NCBI GenBank assembly: GCA_963693055.1
Contig: OY843751.1
Coordinates: 5,216,001-5,280,000 of the forward strand
Origin: a bacterium
GTDB lineage: Bacteria; Zhuqueibacterota; Zhuqueibacteria; Residuimicrobiales; Krinioviventaceae
DNA length: 64,000 bases
Direction: 5' to 3'
Part shown: piece after piece, positions 51,238 to 59,333 of the stretch
Layout: each line of letters starts with the position of its first letter
Numbering within the stretch: position 1 is the stretch's first letter
The notes under the pieces: generated by a model
What the model was told of the DNA's origin: nothing
Database searches by the model: none
What the model saw: the letters and a program-made list of their open reading frames with translations, nothing else
Program-made: the position numbers and the translations under genes

Positions 51238-54200
51238 ATGAGGATCAAATTTATATATCTACTATTGGGCATTTTGTTTTTGACTCAACTTCCATTGCAT
51301 GCCCAGTATTTTGGTAAAAATAAAGTCCAATATAAAGATTTTGAATGGTTTTATATACAATCTGAACATTTTGATGTTTATTTTACTGAAGGGGGTAACG
51401 GGGTTGCCTCTTATGTAGCGCAAACGGCTGAAAAAAGCTACCAAATGCTGCGTAAGGATTTCCGTTATGATCTTGTAGACCGTATTAAAATAATCGTATA
51501 TAACAGCCATAATGATTTTGGACAAACCAATGTAGACCTTAGCCCTTCTGAAGAATCAGTTGGTGGTTTTACAGAATTTTTTAAAAACCGTGTCGTTATT
51601 CCCTATGAAGGTGAATGGGAAAAATTTCGTCATGTAATTCATCACGAATTGACCCACGCAGTTATGCTGCAGATGGTATATGGTGCCGGTGCCCAGTCTA
51701 TTATTACCGGGCTTACACAAATGCAAATGCCCTTGTGGTTTATTGAAGGTCTTGCAGAATATGAAAGCCGCGGTTGGGACATTGAAAGTGACATGTTTAT
51801 GCGCGACGCCACCGTTAACGGCTATGTTCCCCCCGTAGAATACCTGTATGCGTTTATGGCTTATAAAGGCGGTCAATCAGTATTAAAATACATTGCTGAT
51901 CGCTACGGTGACGAAAAGATTGGTGAACTTTTGGGAAAAATTAAATTAACCAAAAGCATGCAAGGCGGATTAAAAGAGGCCATTGGCATTGATCAGGAAG
52001 AGCTGACCGAACGCTGGCATTTATACCTGAAACGGAAATACTGGCCCGATATTGCTGACCGTCAGGAGCCCGAAGAATTTGCCAAAGAATGGACCGATCA
52101 CGTAAAATCACGTAATTTTATCAATACCAGTCCCGCCATCAGCAACCGTGGTGACAAGGTTGTTTACATGTCTGACAGGGATGATTATTTTGACATTTTT
52201 CTGGCAAGCACAATTGATGAAAACCGTGAGAAAAAACTGGTACACGGGCAACGTGCCGGAAATTTGGAAGAATTGCACTGGCTCAAAGGACCAGCGTTTT
52301 CCTGGAGCCCCGATGACAAGAAAATTGTTTTCTCTGCCAAATCAGGCGCGCAAGATGCATTGCATATAGTAGATGTCAGATCCGGTGATATCGTTAAATC
52401 CTTGGAACTCGGATTTGATGGAATTTACAATCCTTCCTGGAGCCCCAAAGGTGATGAAATTGCCTTTATGGGTGTTAAAAAAGGACAAAGCGACATCTAT
52501 GCATATAACATCAAGGATAAAAAGACCCGACAGATTACAAATGATATTTTCAGCAATGTAGAACCCAGCTGGTCTCCCGATGGAAGTAAACTTTTATTTG
52601 CCAGTGACAGAGGAGAATATTTGAGTGAGTATCCGGAAGATTTGACACCGCATGATTTTGACATCAAAGATTACAACATTTATGAAATGAATGCAGATGG
52701 CTCCGATATCCAACTGGTTGCTTCAAGCCCGTTTATTGAACGCGTACCTATTTACGCTCCGGATGGAAAACACATTGCGTTTACCAGTGATAAATCAGGT
52801 GTAAATAATATTTATGCTATGGATCTTGAAACAGGTGAAGAATGGCCAATCACCAATGCCATTACCGGTGTTTTCTCACCCACATGGGGTGGAGAGGCCA
52901 ATCGATTAGCCTTTGCTTCTTTTTACAATGCCGGGTATGATATTTATATCATGAAAAACCCGCTGGATATCAAACCGGGTGATGTTGTTGTACAGGAAAC
53001 CCAGTATGTTAAAGAATTGCATGAAGAGAAAGAAACAGAATCTCCGGAAGATCTGATTACTGATATTGAAACCGGTGAAGACCTGGAAGAAAAAACCGCG
53101 CAAACCCAGGAATATCGAAATTTTATTTTCGATGAAGATTTTGCAGATGGTTTTATTTCACAGATTGAAGAAGAAAAAGTATTTCTGGATTCTGTTGAAT
53201 ACGCAGAACCCGATGGTGATTTTAAAGTCAATCCATACGAAATTGAATTCTCACCCGACCTGGTTTATGGCTCTGTAGGTTACAACCAGTTTTTTGGAAC
53301 ACAGGGATACACCACCATGATGTTCTCTGATGTTATGGGTGACCATCGCCTCAATATAGCTGCCAATCTGTTTGGCGATTTTCGTAATGCTGATTATCAG
53401 TTTACTTATCTCTATTTGCCAAATCGGCTGGATGTTGGCGCAAGCGCGTATCATAATGCCTACTTTTTCTGGTCATCTGGCACTGGTTGGATTAGAGATC
53501 GCTATTATGGTTTGAGCCTGTTCCTCAGCAATCCTTTTGATAGATACAGACGTATTACATTTGGAATGTCACTGAGTGGCATTAATCGAGAATATTTGGA
53601 CTGGCCGGATGAATATGCTGATGAGCTTATCCGATTGGGCTATTTATCACCCAGGAACCGTTACTTTGTATTAAATAATCTTTCTTATACCAAAGATACC
53701 ACGGTATGGGGATATACCGGTCCTTCAAATGGAACCCGATATTCTGCGGGTGTTACTTATAGCCCAAAACTAGGTGAAGATGGAATTGGCTTTACAACAT
53801 TGAGAACCGATTTTAGAAAATACTTTCGTGTTAAAAGAGATTATATTTTTGCCATACGCGGTTCCGGTGGTATGAGCATGGGTATGCATCCACAAAAATT
53901 CTTCCTTGGCGGACTGCCCAACTGGATCAATTATGATTACCAGGGCGGACTGCGAATTGAACATGTTGAAGACATTTACTTTGCATCATTTGAAATGCCG
54001 CTACGCGGCGCACAATATTATGAACTGGTGGGTAACCGTTATTTCTTAACTAATTTTGAATTCCGGTTCCCGCTAATTCGTCAAATTCTTATGGGCTTTC
54101 CATTACCCATCTATTTCAGCAATATAGGCGGCGCATTGTTTACCGACATTGGTTACGCCTGGGACAAGGGAAATCCTGATGGATTGAAACCTTTTGTTAA

Positions 54201-54369
54201 AGCTCCCAATGGTCTCGTAATGACCAAAGATGCTTTTGCAAGCTTTGGTTTTGGCGTTCGCCTCAACCTTGGCATCTTTTTGCTGAGGATGGATCTTGCC
54301 TGGCCCACCGACTTTTATCGCACCGAAGATAGTGCCTTTGTATTATGGTCACTCGGTGCGGATTTGTAG
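51238..54369 (+). CDS. Zn-peptidase-like (HExxH) domain + PD40/TolB-like propeller + Omp85/BamA-like C-terminal barrel
   Basis: HHELTH..WFIEGLAEY; repeated WSPDG motifs; PLRG..GNRYFLTNFEFRFPL..LFTDIG..FGFGVR..LRMDLAWP. ATG follows a GGAG RBS. Confidence 0.85.
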   Translation: MRIKFIYLLLGILFLTQLPLHAQYFGKNKVQYKDFEWFYIQSEHFDVYFTEGGNGVASYVAQTAEKSYQMLRKDFRYDLVDRIKIIVYNSHNDFGQTNVDLSPSEESVGGFTEFFKNRVVIPYEGEWEKFRHVIHHELTHAVMLQMVYGAGAQSIITGLTQMQMPLWFIEGLAEYESRGWDIESDMFMRDATVNGYVPPVEYLYAFMAYKGGQSVLKYIADRYGDEKIGELLGKIKLTKSMQGGLKEAIGIDQEELTERWHLYLKRKYWPDIADRQEPEEFAKEWTDHVKSRNFINTSPAISNRGDKVVYMSDRDDYFDIFLASTIDENREKKLVHGQRAGNLEELHWLKGPAFSWSPDDKKIVFSAKSGAQDALHIVDVRSGDIVKSLELGFDGIYNPSWSPKGDEIAFMGVKKGQSDIYAYNIKDKKTRQITNDIFSNVEPSWSPDGSKLLFASDRGEYLSEYPEDLTPHDFDIKDYNIYEMNADGSDIQLVASSPFIERVPIYAPDGKHIAFTSDKSGVNNIYAMDLETGEEWPITNAITGVFSPTWGGEANRLAFASFYNAGYDIYIMKNPLDIKPGDVVVQETQYVKELHEEKETESPEDLITDIETGEDLEEKTAQTQEYRNFIFDEDFADGFISQIEEEKVFLDSVEYAEPDGDFKVNPYEIEFSPDLVYGSVGYNQFFGTQGYTTMMFSDVMGDHRLNIAANLFGDFRNADYQFTYLYLPNRLDVGASAYHNAYFFWSSGTGWIRDRYYGLSLFLSNPFDRYRRITFGMSLSGINREYLDWPDEYADELIRLGYLSPRNRYFVLNNLSYTKDTTVWGYTGPSNGTRYSAGVTYSPKLGEDGIGFTTLRTDFRKYFRVKRDYIFAIRGSGGMSMGMHPQKFFLGGLPNWINYDYQGGLRIEHVEDIYFASFEMPLRGAQYYELVGNRYFLTNFEFRFPLIRQILMGFPLPIYFSNIGGALFTDIGYAWDKGNPDGLKPFVKAPNGLVMTKDAFASFGFGVRLNLGIFLLRMDLAWPTDFYRTEDSAFVLWSLGADL

Positions 54370-54386
54370 AAAAGAAAGGAGCACGA

Positions 54387-56234
54387 TTGTCGGAAAAGAC
54401 ACCGTTTTTAACTAAACTTGAAGACTCTATATTAATTGGCGACGGTGCCATGGGGACCATGATCTATTCCCATGGCATTTTTATCAACCGATGTTTTGAC
54501 GAGCTCAACTTGTCAGCACCAGATATTATATCAGAGATACACCGTCAATATGTAAACGCACACGCGGATATTTTAGAAACCAATACTTTTGGGGCGAATG
54601 AATTCAAACTGCGTCCACATGGTTTTGAAGGCCAGGTATATGAGATCAACAAAAGAGGCGCAGAGCTTGCTCGTGAAGCAGCAGATAATAAACTCTATGT
54701 TGCGGGTTCCCTTGGCACCCTGGGCATTCCCCTCAAACCTTTGGGTAACGCAGACAAAGAACAGGCGGAGAATGCATTCAAAAGACAGGTAGAAGGGCTG
54801 TTGGCAGGCGGTGTTGACCTTTTTATACTTGAAACCTTTCAAGACCTGGAAGAATTGACCATAGCGCTTCGTGCTGTCAAAGCATTAAGTGATTTACCAA
54901 TCATTGCACAGGCAACCTTTGATGAACACAGTCGCACTCCTCTGGGCGCATCTCCCGATGTTCTGGTTCAAATTGCAAAAGACGAAGGTGCAGATGTTGT
55001 TGGTGCCAACTGTTCTGTTGGGCCACAACCCATGCAGCGTGTCATTGATCAGTTCCATGCAGCCGGAGCGAAATACATTTCCGCCATGCCTAACGCGGGA
55101 AATCCCAGAATGCATGAAGGCAGATTTCTCTACATGTCTACTCCGGAATATCATGCCGAGTTTGCCAAGCGCTTTATAGAATCAGGAGCCAACATTGTTG
55201 GTGGCTGCTGCGGTACAACTCCGGAACATATCAAAGCTATTGCAAATGCGGTAAGGGCATTACAGCCGCAAAAAAATGTTTCCTCAATGGTAACCCGTGT
55301 AAAAAAAGAAGTAAATGTGGTAGAAATTCCTACCAGAGAAAAATCTACTCTGGCTAAAACTATGCAGGAGAAATTCAGCGTTTCAGTTGAAGTCTTGTCT
55401 CCCAGAGGTGTCAGCACAGAAGGCGTATTAAAAGGAGTAAAAAAACTGGTAGACTTTGGTGTAGACGCTATCAATATTCCGGATGGCCCCCGTGCTTCTG
55501 CACGAATGTCTCCCCTGGCAATGGCGTTGATCATTGAAAGAGAGCTTGAGGTAGATACAATATTACATTATTGCTGTCGTGATCGCAACCTGCTGGGAAT
55601 GCAGTCTGATCTTTTGGGTGCATACGCAATGGGACTCCGTAACGTGCTCGTGATCACCGGTGATCCCCCCAAGCTGGGTGATTACCCCGATGCTACAGCA
55701 GTATTTGATGTGGATTCTATTGGACTGACCCGCGTTGTAAAAGGATTAAACCAGGGAATTGACATTGCGGGAAATGCAATTGGCTCACCAACCGGATGGC
55801 ATATTGGTGTCGGTGCAGACCCCGGTGCCATTGATCTTGATCATGAAATTGAGAGGCTGCATCAAAAAGTTGAAAGCGGCGCCGAGTATATTCTTACACA
55901 ACCGGTGTTTGACATTCAAAAGCTGGAAGCTTTTTTGAAACGAACCGAATCGATAAAGCTGCCTATTATGGCCGGGATAATGCCGCTTATTACATACAGG
56001 ACTATAGAGTTCCTCAACAATGAAGTCCCCGGCGTGTTTGTACCTGATAGCATTGCAAATATTATGGCAAAAGCCAAAGATCAGGAAGAAGCCAAAGTGC
56101 TGGGTATTGAAATAGCTCAACAGGCGATTCTTACAGTTAAAAAGATGGACAGGATCCATGGTATTTATTTGATGCCGCCTTTTACCAAAGACAAATATGC
56201 TACCGCAATTAACGTTCTCGAGGTTTTGAAATAA
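54387..56234 (+). CDS. Bifunctional homocysteine S-methyltransferase / methylenetetrahydrofolate reductase (YitJ-like)
   Basis: DGAMGT, ETNTFGAN, GANCSVGP, PNAG, GGCCGTTPEHI, then the MTHFR part (CCRDRN, ITGDPP, TQPVFD). TTG start after AAGGAG. Confidence 0.92.
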   Translation: MSEKTPFLTKLEDSILIGDGAMGTMIYSHGIFINRCFDELNLSAPDIISEIHRQYVNAHADILETNTFGANEFKLRPHGFEGQVYEINKRGAELAREAADNKLYVAGSLGTLGIPLKPLGNADKEQAENAFKRQVEGLLAGGVDLFILETFQDLEELTIALRAVKALSDLPIIAQATFDEHSRTPLGASPDVLVQIAKDEGADVVGANCSVGPQPMQRVIDQFHAAGAKYISAMPNAGNPRMHEGRFLYMSTPEYHAEFAKRFIESGANIVGGCCGTTPEHIKAIANAVRALQPQKNVSSMVTRVKKEVNVVEIPTREKSTLAKTMQEKFSVSVEVLSPRGVSTEGVLKGVKKLVDFGVDAINIPDGPRASARMSPLAMALIIERELEVDTILHYCCRDRNLLGMQSDLLGAYAMGLRNVLVITGDPPKLGDYPDATAVFDVDSIGLTRVVKGLNQGIDIAGNAIGSPTGWHIGVGADPGAIDLDHEIERLHQKVESGAEYILTQPVFDIQKLEAFLKRTESIKLPIMAGIMPLITYRTIEFLNNEVPGVFVPDSIANIMAKAKDQEEAKVLGIEIAQQAILTVKKMDRIHGIYLMPPFTKDKYATAINVLEVLK

Positions 56235-56241
56235 ACATCAT

Positions 56242-56270
56242 TGGGAACCTTGTTTAACAATAAATTGTAT
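56242..56270 (+). promoter_or_regulatory. Candidate ECF-sigma promoter (GGAAC-N17-TGTA)
   Basis: TGGGAACCTTG...TGTAT, with the same -35 element and spacing as the motif at 51061. Confidence 0.4.
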
Positions 56271-56320
56271 CATATATAGCAATATAATAATTTGACTCAA
56301 GAATAAATCAGGCAAAACCC

Positions 56321-57607
56321 ATGAAAAAAATGAACAGAAATTTGAAAATATCTTTGACTGTTTTTCTGCTATTCTGTTTCACAGCACCATTGTTCCCACA
56401 GGGATTTGGAGGCGGACAGGGTAGGTTTGGTATGCGCAATCAGTTCGGTAGTTTGTTGTTCCAGCATGCGGTTTACAATTTCAAAGACGGTAAAAACAGT
56501 TTGCTGGATTTTCATTATTCTTTTGTCAACGATTTACTGACATTTATCAAAACGGATGATGATCAATATAAAGCCCGTTATGAACTTAGCTTGGTGATAT
56601 ATGATGCGGACAAAAGAGCGGTAACAGAACAGTCTGCCAGTGACGAGGTAATTGTCCCCTATTTTGCAGATACCAACTCGCGTAGAAATCCTATCATGGG
56701 AAATTTACAGGTATCTTTACCACCGGGAGACTATTATTACAAAGTCACCATTATTGAAAATGACGTTCCTTCACTGCTGGTACCCGAGACACGAATCCGG
56801 CTGCGTAAATTTACAGATGGTCGCCTGCATGCCAGTGATGTTGTATTTGCAGACAAACTCGAAACCGGTTCTCTTCCGTATGCATTTGAACCAAACATCA
56901 ACCTGGCTTTTTCTGAATTGAACTCTGCTTTTGCAGCATTCTTTTATATTTATCCCAACGCGAACAAGGAAGCGATTCAGTTGTCGTACCAGATACATAA
57001 TGACAATGGCTACAAAGTCAAAAGTCTGGACACAACACTGGTAGCTCAGGATGACATTATTCCTTATGTTATCAATTTCAAAGGAATGATCACCAAACCC
57101 GATCTTTATGAAATAGAAATACAAGCCAGTTCCGGTGAACAAAACTTCAAAACCCAGAAACACTTTACTGTACAATGGGGCAAAGTACCCATGCAGGAAA
57201 ACAATGTTGACCTTGCTATTGAACAGCTTAAAATTGTTGCAAACCGTAAAACAATTGAAAAGCTGAATGATGCAGATGAAAATAAAAAGCAAGAGTTGTT
57301 TGACAGGTTCTGGGACGAACGTGACCCTACTCCTGAAACTCCGGAAAACGAGTTAAAAGAAGAATTTCTTGCAAGGGTCAATTTTTGCAACCAGAATTTT
57401 ATTGAAAGCTATCCTGGCAAAGGCGGTTGGAGTACAGACCGTGGACGTGTATATATCAAATACGGCCCTCCAACACAGGTTGAACGTCAGCAAGCTTCCA
57501 TCAATACTCCGGGAGTAGAAGTTTGGTACTATGCAATCATTGACCGAAGCTATGTTTTTACAGATCGGGATAATAACGGTACGTATCGCTTGATTAAAAT
57601 AGAATAA
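56321..57607 (+). CDS. GWxTD-domain exported protein
   Basis: Signal peptide; FWDERDPTPETPENE..R..GGWSTDRGRVYIKYGPP..EVWYY. Confidence 0.92.
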   Translation: MKKMNRNLKISLTVFLLFCFTAPLFPQGFGGGQGRFGMRNQFGSLLFQHAVYNFKDGKNSLLDFHYSFVNDLLTFIKTDDDQYKARYELSLVIYDADKRAVTEQSASDEVIVPYFADTNSRRNPIMGNLQVSLPPGDYYYKVTIIENDVPSLLVPETRIRLRKFTDGRLHASDVVFADKLETGSLPYAFEPNINLAFSELNSAFAAFFYIYPNANKEAIQLSYQIHNDNGYKVKSLDTTLVAQDDIIPYVINFKGMITKPDLYEIEIQASSGEQNFKTQKHFTVQWGKVPMQENNVDLAIEQLKIVANRKTIEKLNDADENKKQELFDRFWDERDPTPETPENELKEEFLARVNFCNQNFIESYPGKGGWSTDRGRVYIKYGPPTQVERQQASINTPGVEVWYYAIIDRSYVFTDRDNNGTYRLIKIE

Positions 57608-57615
57608 TCGCAGTG

Positions 57616-57658
57616 TGCCCCTGATTGCATGCAACTGCAAGTATTCAGGGGCAGTTTT
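57616..57658 (+). terminator. Probable terminator after the GWxTD gene
   Basis: TGCCCCTGA...TCAGGGGCA stem followed by GTTTT. Confidence 0.55.
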
Positions 57659-57751
57659 CCAATAATCATCCTCATTATCACCTTTTCAAGCAATCGCCTT
57701 AAAGCACACATTAACAACACCTTAACACAAGCACAACACTTTCTTCATCTT

Positions 57752-57766
57752 TGGTACGGCTTTTGT
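57752..57766 (+). promoter_or_regulatory. Candidate sigma-54 promoter
   Basis: TGGTACGGCTTTTGT versus TGGCAC-N5-TTGC; -12 has GT rather than GC. Confidence 0.35.
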
Positions 57767-57803
57767 ATTAGTAAGATATGAATAACAAATACAGGAGCTG
57801 AAA

Positions 57804-58463
57804 TTGAAAGCTGACTTACATACACATTCTATCTATTCTCATGATTCCATTGCAAGACCGGAATCCATCCTTGCAGCCGCTGCCGACCGTGGAATCAGTG
57901 TCCTGGCTATTACCGATCACGATACCACTGCCGGATGGCAGGCATTCACAGACATTGCACACCAATTCCCTGTTCAGCTTGTATACGGACAGGAAATTAA
58001 AATATATTACAACAAACGCTGTATGGGTGAAATTCTGGGACTCTTTTTGGAACAACCGGTAAAAAGCCATGATGTTGCGGGCGTTTTGCAGGAGATACGC
58101 AAACAGAATGGCATTGCTTCAATTGCACATCCGTTTTCCGAAAGACGTCACGAATTTCTGGCCTACACTGAGATCGATTCCTGGGAAAACCTGGCTATCG
58201 AATCCCGTAACGGACGTACCTATAAACAGCGTGAAAATGAAATGGCTGCCGGACTCGCGGAACGCTTGAACACACCCATCACAGCAGGCAGCGATGCACA
58301 TACCCCCTTTGAAGTGGGAAACGTTTATACCGAATTTATGGGCAAAAACACTGAGGATCTAAAAAAAGCCATTCTCAACCGGGAAACTATAGCAGGCGGT
58401 CACCCTTCCAGCGCACTATTTTCCGTTATCTCCGGCTTTGGCAGACTCGGGATTGCGGTATAA
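57804..58463 (+). CDS. PHP-domain phosphoesterase
   Basis: DLHTHS..SHDS, ITDHD, GQEI, IAHPF, AGSDAH. Confidence 0.9.
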   Translation: MKADLHTHSIYSHDSIARPESILAAAADRGISVLAITDHDTTAGWQAFTDIAHQFPVQLVYGQEIKIYYNKRCMGEILGLFLEQPVKSHDVAGVLQEIRKQNGIASIAHPFSERRHEFLAYTEIDSWENLAIESRNGRTYKQRENEMAAGLAERLNTPITAGSDAHTPFEVGNVYTEFMGKNTEDLKKAILNRETIAGGHPSSALFSVISGFGRLGIAV

Positions 58464-59065
58464 TGCGCGAAACACTTAAAACTCTATCCACACCGGCCAA
58501 TCTGGTCACATTTACCCGAATCATCATGCTCGTTGCGCTTGTGTTTGCGCTCCAGTTCAATGAACAATGGATACGGATAGCGGCCTTTGCATTGATACCG
58601 GTGATCTTTTACATGGACAGCCTGGACGGAATGCTGGCGCGCAAGTTGAATTGCGCCACAAAGGTGGGCGGCATTCTGGACATTGCCGGGGACCGCATTG
58701 TTGAAAACGTGTTGTGGGTATTACTGGCTTATTTGGATATCATCCCCTTGTGGATTCCCATTGTTATTCTGGTGCGGGGATTCATTACGGATGCGTTCCG
58801 CAGCGCCGCCATTTCTAAAGGTCATTCAACCTTTTCCATGATGGATTCCAAAATCGGTTGGTGGTTTGTGGCCTCTCCCCTCAGTCGTACGACCTATGCT
58901 GTTGCCAAAGCTATCCTTTTTACCATTGGTATTGGTATTTGGAGCTTTCATCTCGCTCAATTCAACTGGCTCATGGTCTCGTTTAACAGCCTGCTCTATT
59001 TCACCGTTATTCTTTGCCTGTTACGGGGATTCTATGCGGTACGGGCGTGTTTAAAGTCTATCTAG
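58463..59065 (+). CDS. CDP-alcohol phosphatidyltransferase
   Basis: PANLVTFTR and DSLDGMLAR..GGILDIAGD signature; TAATG stop/start overlap with the PHP gene. Confidence 0.9.
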   Translation: MRETLKTLSTPANLVTFTRIIMLVALVFALQFNEQWIRIAAFALIPVIFYMDSLDGMLARKLNCATKVGGILDIAGDRIVENVLWVLLAYLDIIPLWIPIVILVRGFITDAFRSAAISKGHSTFSMMDSKIGWWFVASPLSRTTYAVAKAILFTIGIGIWSFHLAQFNWLMVSFNSLLYFTVILCLLRGFYAVRACLKSI

Positions 59066-59321
59066 TTATCAGTATTCAGTCATCAGCTCTCAGTATAAAT
59101 GAAACATTTACTGTATTCATTTAAAAGCTAAATCGCATAGCACAAAGTCGGTCCCAGAGTTCGAACGAGGCCACCTACTGGTGGACGAACGAGAGTATCG
59201 AAGGGACCGCTTTTCGTTCCAAGGCCGGTGCCTTGGAACGAGTATAAATTCTCTGTCACGATCATTTGTTAATTCCAGAGATAATCATTTCTAATTATTG
59301 AATACTGACAACTGATAACTA
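59063..59321. repeat. Intergenic cluster of REP-like palindromes bracketed by inverted heptamer-repeat ends
   Basis: TAGTTATCAG (59063-72) and CTGATAACTA (59312-21) are inverted; CGGTCCC...GGGACCG at 59149-59209; 12-bp stem TCGTTCCAAGGC-CGGT-GCCTTGGAACGA at 59214-59241. Confidence 0.7.
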
Positions 59322-59333
59322 CCTACCCAAACC

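Noticed and set aside
54370-54386. SAM riboswitch for the YitJ-like gene
   Set aside because: Only 17 bp separate it from the upstream gene, leaving no room for one.
59140-59245. tRNA or tmRNA-like gene (contains GTTCGAA)
   Set aside because: No cloverleaf, D-loop or CCA arrangement could be built; better explained as REP-like hairpins.
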